From Candidatus Azophilus sp. (lineage in GTDB: Bacteria; Pseudomonadota; Gammaproteobacteria; Pseudomonadales; Azotimanducaceae), in contig OZ244892.1 in the NCBI GenBank assembly GCA_965221465.1, forward strand, positions 1,577,536-1,641,535: a stretch of 64,000 nucleotides of DNA, read 5' to 3'. Made by a program: the position numbers and the translations under genes. Positions 18,317 to 26,782 of the stretch are shown here, in pieces. The notes beneath the pieces are model-generated. The model searched no databases. It saw nothing but the letters and a program-made list of their open reading frames with translations, and had not been told where the DNA came from. Numbering within the stretch: the stretch's first letter is position 1; each line of letters starts with the position of its first letter.

Positions 18317-18567
18317 AAGTTGCCACCCCGGCGCGCCGGGACGAGGACGCGCAAGGAACACCTGATGACCCTTGGGAGAGAGCAGGTGTGCGGTGCGTGT
18401 ATCCGGCGCTGTTGAGGCTTGTGCTTGCGCCCATCTTCGCGGTAAGCACCTCCGCCTGGTGCGCCGGATGCACGTACCGTATACCTGCTCTCGGTGCCGG
18501 ATCGAAGGCCATGTTTGCCACGCTAACGAATTCAATAAAATCAATCACTTGGAAAGAGCGTTCCATG
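18317..18567 (+). repeat. Structured intergenic repeat element, copy C (full length)
   Basis: Head AAGTTGCCACCCCGGCGCGCCGGGACGAGGACGCGCAAGGAACACC. Arms 18378-18409 and 18461-18492 pair at 32 of 32 positions. Tail AATCAATCACTTGGAAAGAGCGTTCCATG. Confidence 0.9.
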
Positions 18568-18630
18568 AAAGTTCCCAACCCGGCGCGCCGGGACGAGGAC
18601 GGGCAGACAACAGCGGACAACGGGGGACAG
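18568..18630 (+). repeat. Structured repeat element, head-only module C' (tandem, directly after the ATG of copy C)
   Basis: AAAGTTCCCAACCCGGCGCGCCGGGACGAGGACGGGCAGACAAC..., the same head as the other copies. Confidence 0.8.
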
Positions 18631-18714
18631 CAAGAGTGCAATTCGACTCGAATACTCGGCTGCCGGATTGATATCATCTCCGGCACGACGATACCGTGGC
18701 CGGAAGAGCACGCC

Positions 18715-20280
18715 GTGATCGATTACACGCAGCCCTATCCGTCATCCCGCTCCCCGGTTTGCGCCGCCAACCTGGTGGCCAGCTCTCAACCCCTGGCCGT
18801 ACAGGCTGGCATTCGAGCCCTGCGCCGGGGCGGCAATGCCGTCGATGCCGCCCTCGCCACCGCCATCGCGTTGACCGTCGTCGAACCCAACAACAACGGC
18901 GTCGGCAGCGATGCATTCGCCATCGTCTGGGACGGGGAGGCACTCACGGGGTTGAACGCCTCCGGACGGTCTCCGGCAGGCTGGACCCGCGATCGATTTG
19001 CCGACCGCGATGCCATGCCCCACCGGGGATGGGACGCCGTAACCGTACCCGGCGCGGTAAGTGCCTGGGTAGCCCTGTCCGAGCGATACGGCAAGCTGCC
19101 CTTCGAAGAACTGTTCGAGGATGCCATCGGCTATGCACAGGACGGCTTTCAGGTCGGCCCCAAGACCGCCTGGTATTGGCGATTCGCCGAGGAGATGTAC
19201 GGCGAATTCCAGGATTTTGCCGAGCATTTCCTGCCGGCGCCCCAGCCGGGCGACCTGTTCCGGCGCGCAGACCTGGCCGCCACGCTCATCGAAATCGCGC
19301 ATACCCGGGGCGAGTCGTTCTACAGGGGCCGACTGGCAGAGCGCATCGAAGCCGCCGCCGTTGCTGCCGGCGGCGCCATGCGAAAGGCAGACCTCGCGAG
19401 TCATCGCGCCGAGTGGGTCCGACCGCTGGCACAGGACTACCGGGACGTGACGCTGCACGAGATTCCACCGAACGGGCAGGGCCTCGCCGCACAGATCGCA
19501 CTCGGCATCCTGCAACACCTCGACATCGCGCCGCTCGACTCGTCGGACAGCGTGCACCGGGAACTCGAAGCCATGAAGATCGCCATCCGGGCGGCATTCG
19601 ACCACTTTGCCGACCCGGCACACATGCAAGTCGACCCGAAGGCACTGCTGGATGCGGCGTCGCTCGAGCGAATCGCGCACGGCATCGACGACCGGGCGGC
19701 TCCGCTGCCGCCGGTGGCACTGCCGACCGGTAGCGACACGGTCTACCTGGCCACCGCCGATGCCGACGGCATGATGGTGTCGATGATCCAGTCGAACTAC
19801 GAAGGGTTCGGCTCCGGCATCGTCGTGCCCGGAACCGGTATCGCCATGCAGAATCGGGGCCTGGGGTTCGTGCTCGACCCCGGTCATCCGAACGAGGTGG
19901 GGCCGAACAAGCGCCCGTACCACACCATCATCCCCGGGTTCGTGACCCGCGCCGGCGCACCGCTTCTGAGTTTCGGCGTCATGGGCGGCCACATGCAGCA
20001 CCAGGGCCACGTACAGATGGTGCGGCGCCTGTTCGACCACGACCAGAACCCCCAGGCCGCCAGCGATGCCCCGCGCTGGCACGTCTACCCGGATTTCAGC
20101 GTCGGCCTGGAAACGGGGTTCGATCCTGCCGTCGCTCGGAGCCTGGCCGACCGTGGCCACCGGGTCAGGCACGAACCGCTCGAACGCGTCTTCGGTGGCG
20201 CGCAACTGATTCTGAAAACGGATTGCGGCTACGTGGGGGGATCCGATCATCGCAAGGAAGGCATGGCCGCCGGCTTCTGA
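18715..20280 (+). CDS. Gamma-glutamyltransferase-family protein (no obvious signal peptide)
   Basis: GGT-family sequence (SQPLAVQAG, GSDTVYLATAD with the Thr nucleophile, GGHMQ). GTG 18715 is preceded by GGAAGAG. The in-frame ATG 18565 in the repeat tail is an alternative start. Confidence 0.8.
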   Translation: MIDYTQPYPSSRSPVCAANLVASSQPLAVQAGIRALRRGGNAVDAALATAIALTVVEPNNNGVGSDAFAIVWDGEALTGLNASGRSPAGWTRDRFADRDAMPHRGWDAVTVPGAVSAWVALSERYGKLPFEELFEDAIGYAQDGFQVGPKTAWYWRFAEEMYGEFQDFAEHFLPAPQPGDLFRRADLAATLIEIAHTRGESFYRGRLAERIEAAAVAAGGAMRKADLASHRAEWVRPLAQDYRDVTLHEIPPNGQGLAAQIALGILQHLDIAPLDSSDSVHRELEAMKIAIRAAFDHFADPAHMQVDPKALLDAASLERIAHGIDDRAAPLPPVALPTGSDTVYLATADADGMMVSMIQSNYEGFGSGIVVPGTGIAMQNRGLGFVLDPGHPNEVGPNKRPYHTIIPGFVTRAGAPLLSFGVMGGHMQHQGHVQMVRRLFDHDQNPQAASDAPRWHVYPDFSVGLETGFDPAVARSLADRGHRVRHEPLERVFGGAQLILKTDCGYVGGSDHRKEGMAAGF

Positions 20281-20300
20281 CTCCCTCGATGCGCATCCAT

Positions 20301-20373
20301 CGCCAACTTGCGTCGCGAGGACGTCGCGGCGCTTGCCCGAGGGCATCGGCGTCCGCAGCAGGAAGTTGGTGAC
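20301..20373. repeat. Inverted pair of REP-like elements (BIME-like)
   Basis: CGCCAACTTGCGTCGCGAGGACGTCGCGG (20301-20329) faces GCATCGGCGTCCGCAGCAGGAAGTTGGTGAC (20343-20373), head to head. Confidence 0.75.
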
Positions 20374-20454
20374 CGGTGCGCGTTAAATCCGATTGCCCGT
20401 TTTCCTGAACACGGGTAACGAGTTATCCTGATCAGACGACGCAAGGACGCAATC

Positions 20455-21687
20455 ATGGCCGAAGCAACGCAACAGACCTTTTACACCGAAACGCCGCTGC
20501 AACGGGTGCACCGGATCCGGGATGCCATCGTCGAAGGCGGCGACGAAGCCCAGCAGGTCAGGCGGCTGCCGGCAGAGACCGCCGACATCCTGATTCAGGA
20601 GGGACTCTACCGGTTTACCCTGCCCCGGGAACTCGGCGGCGAAAACGCAAGCGTCCGGGAGACCATCGAAGTGCTCGAGGCAATCGCCGCCATCGACGGC
20701 TCGGTGGGCTGGAACGTCATGATCGGCTCCGAAATCAATGCCATAGCCGCAGGCGGCATGGACCCCGCCATTGCCAGGGAGGTCTACCTGGAGAACCCCC
20801 GCATCGTCATGTGCGGCGGCGGTGGGCCGGGCACTCAACCATCGTACGCCGTCGAGCAGCAGGACGGCAGCTACCGGGTCTGGGGCCAGGCCACCTTCCT
20901 TTCCGGCTGCCACAACGCCGAATGGGCATTCCTGGTGGCGCCCATCGTCGAAGACGGCAATCCGATCATGGACGATGCCGGCAACCCGGTTTTCCGCACC
21001 TGGTTCCTGCACAGGAACGAGTGGCAGATCAAGGACACCTGGCACATGGCAGGATTGCGCGGTTCGGGCAGTCACGATGTGCTCGCCGACGGCGCCCTGG
21101 TGCCGGAGCATCTGGTGCCCGTGGAACTGTTCTCGGTGCCGGCACACTACCCGAACCCGGTGTTTCGCATTCCCGTGGCGCTGCGCCTGTCGTTCAACAA
21201 GGCCGCGGTCGCCATCGGCGTCGCCCGCGGCGCTCTGGATGCGTTCTCCGACATCGCCCAGAACAAGGTTCCCCTGTTGTCCACCTCGACACTGAAAGAC
21301 AAGCCCATCGCCCACTACCGCATGGGCGAAGGCGAGGCGAGCCTGCGCGCGGCGCGCGCCTTCCTGATGGAAACCATGGACGACGTGGTGGACGAACTGG
21401 AAGCCGGAGCCCTCACGCCCGGCCCCGAGACCACCAGGCTGGCGCGACTGGCCTGCACCCACGCCGCCAATGTGTCGATGCACGTCGTCGACAGCGTGCA
21501 CAACGCCGCCGGCACCACCAGCCTGCGCATGGACTGCCCGCTCGAGCGCAAGCTGCGCGATGCCCACGGATGCGCAACCCATCGCTGGGTAGCGCACCCG
21601 TTGTACGCCGAACTCGGCAAGATGTTTCTCGGACACCCGGGCTTGCCGGAACTTTCCGGAGAAGGCGATGCCCAGCCCGCCAAGTGA
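20455..21687 (+). CDS. Acyl-CoA dehydrogenase-family protein (type-2 / flavin monooxygenase-like)
   Basis: 410 aa. N-terminal region LPRELGGENASVRETIEVLEAIAAIDGSVGW is typical of the family. Confidence 0.75.
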   Translation: MAEATQQTFYTETPLQRVHRIRDAIVEGGDEAQQVRRLPAETADILIQEGLYRFTLPRELGGENASVRETIEVLEAIAAIDGSVGWNVMIGSEINAIAAGGMDPAIAREVYLENPRIVMCGGGGPGTQPSYAVEQQDGSYRVWGQATFLSGCHNAEWAFLVAPIVEDGNPIMDDAGNPVFRTWFLHRNEWQIKDTWHMAGLRGSGSHDVLADGALVPEHLVPVELFSVPAHYPNPVFRIPVALRLSFNKAAVAIGVARGALDAFSDIAQNKVPLLSTSTLKDKPIAHYRMGEGEASLRAARAFLMETMDDVVDELEAGALTPGPETTRLARLACTHAANVSMHVVDSVHNAAGTTSLRMDCPLERKLRDAHGCATHRWVAHPLYAELGKMFLGHPGLPELSGEGDAQPAK

Positions 21688-21745
21688 CCCGGGCAACCGC
21701 CAGCCGAATTCCCGACAACCGGACAAACACCATCAGGAGTAGCCC

Positions 21746-22042
21746 ATGGCAGCCTATTTCGTTCTGCAATACGACGTGAAAGACCGGGACCTCTATCGCG
21801 AATACCAGCGCGGCGCCGGGGCGACCATTCAGGCGCACGGCGTCGAGGTGACGGTTTACGACGAGGCTGCGGAAACCGTCGAGGGAACGCCCCCGGGGAT
21901 GCAGACCGTCGTCCTGAAGTTCGAGGACAGCGATCACTTCCGCCGCTGGTACGACTCCGACGAGTACCAGGCGGTGGTGGCCAAGCGCCACGCGGCCACC
22001 TCCGGCTTCGGCGTGCTTTCGCAGTCCATGAACCTGGGCTGA
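21746..22042 (+). CDS. DUF1330-domain protein
   Basis: 98 aa, MAAYFVLQYDVKDRDLYREY..., typical DUF1330 length and N-terminus. AGGAG upstream. Confidence 0.7.
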   Translation: MAAYFVLQYDVKDRDLYREYQRGAGATIQAHGVEVTVYDEAAETVEGTPPGMQTVVLKFEDSDHFRRWYDSDEYQAVVAKRHAATSGFGVLSQSMNLG

Positions 22043-22094
22043 CGGCGTCCGGCAGGGCCGGCGCGAACATCGGGCAATTCGAGCCGGCGCAAAT

Positions 22095-22119
22095 CCCCTG
22101 AAAACGGCCGTTTTCGGGG
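22095..22119. terminator. GC-rich hairpin, possible terminator
   Basis: CCCCTGAAAACGG/CCGTTTTCGGGG near-perfect palindrome 53 nt after the DUF1330 stop. No clear U-tract. Confidence 0.3.
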
Positions 22120-22298
22120 CATTCACGCATTTGGCGGGGAACGATTTGGTGGTAAGCTTGCCGCCCCCAGCGCAGGCACGCCGGAATGCCGACAGGGCGA
22201 TGCCCCCACCCGGCGAAACTGCGGTGACCGGGTGCAAACTCGACCGGATCGACAACCCGATTCGACAATCCAACCCGCGAACGAGAGGACCAGAAACC

Positions 22299-23735
22299 GT
22301 GAGCAATCGACAGAAGTTCTACATCGACGGCGAGTGGGTAGCGCCCGCCGGCAAGAAGACCCTGGCAGTCATCAACCCCGCGAACGAAGAGCCCATCGAC
22401 GATATCGCCCTCGGTAACGAGGAAGACGTCAATCGGGCGGTTGCCGCCGCCAAGGCGGCGTTCGAAACCTATTCCCGGACCAGCCGCGAAGAGCGCGTTG
22501 CAATGATGGAGCGCATCGTCGCCGTTTATCAGGGGCGCCTCGACGAAGTCGCGGCGACCATCAGCGAAGAAATGGGCGCACCCATGACCCTGGCCAAGGC
22601 CGCCCAGGCGCCCATGGGCATTGCCCACATGATGACCAATCTCAACGTGCTGAAGACATACGAATTCGAGGAAGACCTGGGAACGTCGCACATCGTCAAG
22701 GAACCCGCGGGTGTCTGCGGGTTCATCACTCCCTGGAACTGGCCGATCAACCAGATTGCCTGCAAGGTGGCCCCGGCACTGGCAGCGGGCTGCACCATGG
22801 TTCTGAAACCCTCGGAAGTGGCCCCGTTCAACGCCATACTTTTTGCCGAGATTCTCGACGAGGCCGGCGTGCCGCCGGGGGTATTCAATCTGGTCAATGG
22901 GGACGGCCCGACGGTTGGCGCTGCGCTGTCCTCGCATCCCGATGTCGACATGATGTCATTCACCGGTTCGACCCGCGCGGGCGTCGAAGTGGCGAAAAAC
23001 GCGGCGCCCACGGTCAAGCGCGTCACCCAGGAACTCGGCGGCAAGTCAGCCAACATCGTTCTCGACGATGCCGATTTCCAGGCCGTCATCGCCAGGGACA
23101 TGGTGGGCATGTGCACCAACTCCGGCCAGTCCTGCAATGCACCGACGCGCATGCTGGTGCCGAACGGGCGCATGGACGAGGCTGCGGCCATCGCTCGATC
23201 GGCTGCCGAGGGTATCAAGGTCGGCGACCCCAATGCTCCGGACACCAATATCGGCCCCGTGGTCTCCGAGGTACAGTTCAACAAGATTCAGGATCTCATC
23301 CAGAAAGGCATCGACGAAGGCGCGAAGCTCGAGACCGGCGGCACGGGCCGTCCCGACGGGCTGAACCGCGGCTACTACGTCAAGCCCACCGTTTTCTCCC
23401 ATGTCAGCAACGACATGACCATCGCCCGGGAGGAAATCTTCGGCCCCGTTCTGTCGCTGATCGGTTACGAGGACGACGAGGACGCGGTGCGCATCGCCAA
23501 CGACACCCCGTACGGGTTGTCCGGCTACATCTCCGCCGGCGACCCGGAACGGGCCAGGTCCATGGCCCGCCGCATCCGTTCCGGCAACGTTCATCTGAAC
23601 GGCGCGTCCGTAGACCCGAACGCACCGTTCGGCGGCTACAAGCAGTCCGGCAACGGCCGCGAGTGGGGCAGCCACGGCTTCGAGGAATTTCTGGAGGTCA
23701 AGGCGATACTCGGCTACAACGCAGCCGCCGGTTGA
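22299..23735 (+). CDS. NAD(P)-dependent aldehyde dehydrogenase
   Basis: 478 aa. ELGGKS, FTGSTRAG, catalytic Cys in NSGQSCNAPTR. GTG start with GAGAGGA upstream. Confidence 0.9.
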   Translation: MSNRQKFYIDGEWVAPAGKKTLAVINPANEEPIDDIALGNEEDVNRAVAAAKAAFETYSRTSREERVAMMERIVAVYQGRLDEVAATISEEMGAPMTLAKAAQAPMGIAHMMTNLNVLKTYEFEEDLGTSHIVKEPAGVCGFITPWNWPINQIACKVAPALAAGCTMVLKPSEVAPFNAILFAEILDEAGVPPGVFNLVNGDGPTVGAALSSHPDVDMMSFTGSTRAGVEVAKNAAPTVKRVTQELGGKSANIVLDDADFQAVIARDMVGMCTNSGQSCNAPTRMLVPNGRMDEAAAIARSAAEGIKVGDPNAPDTNIGPVVSEVQFNKIQDLIQKGIDEGAKLETGGTGRPDGLNRGYYVKPTVFSHVSNDMTIAREEIFGPVLSLIGYEDDEDAVRIANDTPYGLSGYISAGDPERARSMARRIRSGNVHLNGASVDPNAPFGGYKQSGNGREWGSHGFEEFLEVKAILGYNAAAG

Positions 23736-23760
23736 ACCCCGCCCATTTTCGACAAACACT

Positions 23761-23801
23761 GCGAGGCGCCGGCACGGCGCCTCGCCCGTTTGTTCGGTTT
23801 T
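23761..23801 (+). terminator. Rho-independent terminator
   Basis: Perfect 11-bp stem GCGAGGCGCCG-gca-CGGCGCCTCGC followed by CCGTTTGTTCGGTTTT, 26 nt after the aldehyde dehydrogenase stop. Confidence 0.7.
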
Positions 23802-23865
23802 GGGTCTGACCGCCAATCGCGCCCGGTTTGCATCCGGCCGCTGACCTCGACAAGAGAACGATCCG

Positions 23866-24285
23866 ATGTCCGATCGACTCACCGCCGACCGCATCGCCTT
23901 GCAGGACGTTCACTTGCGGTATGCCGCCGGCATCGACAACCGGGACATGGACCTGTACCGGTCCTGTTTCGCGGAAGACGTGGAAGTGCTGGGCTTCGGA
24001 GAGGAAACCTTTCATGGCATCGAAGCCTGGGTCGCCCATGTCAGCGAAGCGCTCGAGCAGTTCGGGCCGACACAGCACATGCTGGGCCCGCAACTCGCCA
24101 CGGTGGATGGCGATATCGCCCACACGCGCTCGGACCTGCAGGCGCTGCACTACCTGGCAGATGCAGAGGACACTACTCTGACGCTCTGGGCAACCTACGA
24201 ATCCGACATGCGCCGCATCGACGGCGAATGGAAAATCTACCGCCATCGCCTGATATCCCGCGGAACCCGGGTACAGCAGGGCTGA
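23866..24285 (+). CDS. SnoaL-like / NTF2-family protein
   Basis: 139 aa. N-terminus IALQDVHLRYAAGIDNRDMDLYRSCFAEDV is typical of the SnoaL_4 type. Confidence 0.7.
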   Translation: MSDRLTADRIALQDVHLRYAAGIDNRDMDLYRSCFAEDVEVLGFGEETFHGIEAWVAHVSEALEQFGPTQHMLGPQLATVDGDIAHTRSDLQALHYLADAEDTTLTLWATYESDMRRIDGEWKIYRHRLISRGTRVQQG

Positions 24286-24292
24286 CGATGGG

Positions 24293-25663
24293 ATGACCGA
24301 GCACGGTTTCCTCGAGGAATCCGCTGCGCTCTTGCGTCTGGGCGCACCCATGCTGGCGACGCAGTTCTGCATCATGGGCATGGGTTTCGTGGACACGGCC
24401 ATGGCCGGCCACTACGACTCGGTAGACCTCGCCGGGGTGACCCTGGCCGGGTATCTGCTGTGGCCGGTTTTCATGCTGATGACCGGGTTGACGATGGCGG
24501 TCACGCCCATCGTCTCGCAGATGGCCGGTGCGCAACGCGTCGGCGAATCCGGGGCCATCGTCGGTCAGGGGCTGTGGGTCGCCCTGTTTGCATCCCTCGT
24601 CACCGTGGCGGTGCTGCAGAACGCGGAACCGTTCTTTGCGATGCTGAGCGCCGAACCCGCGGTGGTCGAGGTGGCCGTCAGCTACCTCGAGGCCGTCTCC
24701 TGGGGCATGCCGCCCGGCATGATCTACATCGTGCTGCGCTACACCTCCGAAGGGCTCGGCCATACGCGCCCGCCCATGGCCATCGCCTTCTACGCCCTGT
24801 TGCTGAACCTGCCGCTCAATTACGTGCTGATCTACGGTACGTTCGGGTTTCCGGAACTCGGCGGCGAAGGCTGCGGCTGGGCCACGGCCGCCGTCATGTG
24901 GTTCGAACTGCTGCTCATGACGCGGGTTACGCGGCGGCATTTCTTTCGGGCCACCGGTTTCTTCCATCAGTTTCGCCGTCCGGAGACAGCAACCATCGTC
25001 CGAATTCTCAAGATCGGGCTTCCCATCGGCGTTGCAGTGTTCATGGAAATGGCTGTCTACTCGGTGATGGGATTCCTGATCACCGCCTTCGGCACCAGCC
25101 CTCAGGCCGCCAACGGCATAGCCGGCAACATCAACTGGATGACCTACGTCATACCCATGGCCCTGGGTTCCGCGGCGGGCATTCGCGTCGGCTTCCACGT
25201 GGGCGCCGGGGACCGCGAGGGCGCCCGGCGCGTGGCGATGACCGCAGTCAAGCTGTCCCTGCTCTACGCCCTGGTGGTGAGCGTCATCCTCATCGGGCTT
25301 CGCGATTTGCTGGTCGGCGTCTACACTACCGATCCTGCGGTGATCCGGATTGCCGCAAATCTCATGATCTTCATCGCCCTCTACCAGATCGTCGACGACA
25401 CCATGGCCACCATGGAAGGCACGCTGCGCGGTTACAAGGACACCCGCGTGCCGATGATCTTTTCCCTCGTGGGCTATTGGCTGGTCGGGTTGCCGGTGGG
25501 CCACATCCTGGCGCTCGGATGGTTCGGGCTGCCCGCCATCGGCGTGTACGGCTACTGGACGGGCATGACCATCGGCATGCTGCTGGTGGCCATCTGCCTG
25601 TGGGTGCGACTGCGCCGCACCAGCAGGGACGACGCCCTCATCCGACGGCTGGCCCTGGGTTGA
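24293..25663 (+). CDS. MATE-family multidrug efflux transporter
   Basis: 456 aa, 12-TM-like. N-terminus LLRLGAPMLATQFCIMGMGFVDTAMAGH is typical of NorM-type MATE pumps. Confidence 0.85.
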   Translation: MTEHGFLEESAALLRLGAPMLATQFCIMGMGFVDTAMAGHYDSVDLAGVTLAGYLLWPVFMLMTGLTMAVTPIVSQMAGAQRVGESGAIVGQGLWVALFASLVTVAVLQNAEPFFAMLSAEPAVVEVAVSYLEAVSWGMPPGMIYIVLRYTSEGLGHTRPPMAIAFYALLLNLPLNYVLIYGTFGFPELGGEGCGWATAAVMWFELLLMTRVTRRHFFRATGFFHQFRRPETATIVRILKIGLPIGVAVFMEMAVYSVMGFLITAFGTSPQAANGIAGNINWMTYVIPMALGSAAGIRVGFHVGAGDREGARRVAMTAVKLSLLYALVVSVILIGLRDLLVGVYTTDPAVIRIAANLMIFIALYQIVDDTMATMEGTLRGYKDTRVPMIFSLVGYWLVGLPVGHILALGWFGLPAIGVYGYWTGMTIGMLLVAICLWVRLRRTSRDDALIRRLALG

Positions 25664-25680
25664 CTGCCGCGGCGCTCGAG

Positions 25681-26577
25681 ATGGAAAACGGCAACGACGA
25701 ATTCTGGACCGAACTGCGCCGCGCCAGGGACCGGCGCGTGCTTGCCGATGCGGCACTGGTGCTCGAAGCGATGCGCATACCGCACCGTCTGGATTGCAGA
25801 AACCGCATGTGGCGCCTCGAAGTGCCGCCGGCCCAGGAAAGCGCCGCCCGGGCGGAACTGGAGCGCTACGATGCAGAAAACCGGCGCGTTGTGCCCTATC
25901 GCCCCGAAGTGACCCGGTTCGACAACGGTTGGGCCGGCGTGCTGGGTTACCTGGCGGTCATCTGGCTGCTGCCGAACCTGGAAGGCGCAGCCGTGTTCGG
26001 CTGGGATTGGCGCGATTCCGGCGTCATGAACGCGGAACTCGTGCGGGATGGCGCCTGGTGGCGAACCGTGACCGCGCTGACGCTGCACGCCGACCTCGGT
26101 CACATCGCCGGCAATTCTTTCTTCGGTGCGCTGTTCGGGATATTTCTCGGCCGCTACGTCGGTTCCGGCCTCGGCTGGCTGCTGGTGGTGGTGGCGGCCT
26201 CGATATCCAACCTCGTCAACGCCTGGCTGCAAACCCCGCCATTCGTTTCCCTGGGCGCGTCCACCGCCACCTTCGCCGTTCTGGGGCTTACCGGCACCTT
26301 CGTGTGGCGGCGAGGCTATCTGCGCGGACGCAACTGGCGACAGAGTTTTGCCCCGCTTTTCGGCGCGATCGCACTCCTGGTCTATACGGGCGTGGGCGGT
26401 GTGCGGACCGACATCCTGGCCCACTTTCTGGGGTTTGCGGCGGGCGCAGTCGGCGGCGTACTTGCGGCCACTTACGACATCCGGCGGCTCGGCAGAAGCG
26501 GGCAGTGGATCGCAGGGGCGCTGACCATCATGCTTCTCGGCCATGCCTGGCTGCTGGCAGGCACCCATGCCGCTTGA
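25681..26577 (+). CDS. Rhomboid-family intramembrane serine protease
   Basis: 298 aa. HADLGHIAGN and GASTATFAVLG (GxSxxxF) motifs. Soluble N-terminal domain of about 90 aa. Confidence 0.8.
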   Translation: MENGNDEFWTELRRARDRRVLADAALVLEAMRIPHRLDCRNRMWRLEVPPAQESAARAELERYDAENRRVVPYRPEVTRFDNGWAGVLGYLAVIWLLPNLEGAAVFGWDWRDSGVMNAELVRDGAWWRTVTALTLHADLGHIAGNSFFGALFGIFLGRYVGSGLGWLLVVVAASISNLVNAWLQTPPFVSLGASTATFAVLGLTGTFVWRRGYLRGRNWRQSFAPLFGAIALLVYTGVGGVRTDILAHFLGFAAGAVGGVLAATYDIRRLGRSGQWIAGALTIMLLGHAWLLAGTHAA

Positions 26578-26618
26578 TGTACCACGGGTCCGACTTCTGC
26601 CCATACAGGCGACACTTC

Positions 26619-26765
26619 GAGTTTCGAACCCGGCGCGCCGGGACGACGACGCCCGGGAAACACCCGTCAACCGCTGGGAGAGAACCGGTGTGCGGTGCGT
26701 GTATACGGCTTGCCGAATGGCGCTTTCCGGGCTCGTGTTCAATAACTTGAAAACTCTTTTCACGC
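26619..26765 (+). repeat. Structured repeat element, copy E (head + 5' arm, internal deletion, degenerate tail)
   Basis: GAGTTTCGAACCCGGCGCGCCGGGACGACGACGCCCGGGAAACACC...GGGAGAGAACCGGTGTGCGGTGCGTGTATACGGC. It then shares GCCGAATGGCGCT with copy A. The 3' arm is absent. Tail-like GTTCAATAACTTGAAAAC. Confidence 0.75.
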
Positions 26766-26782
26766 GAAAGTTGCGCCATTGC

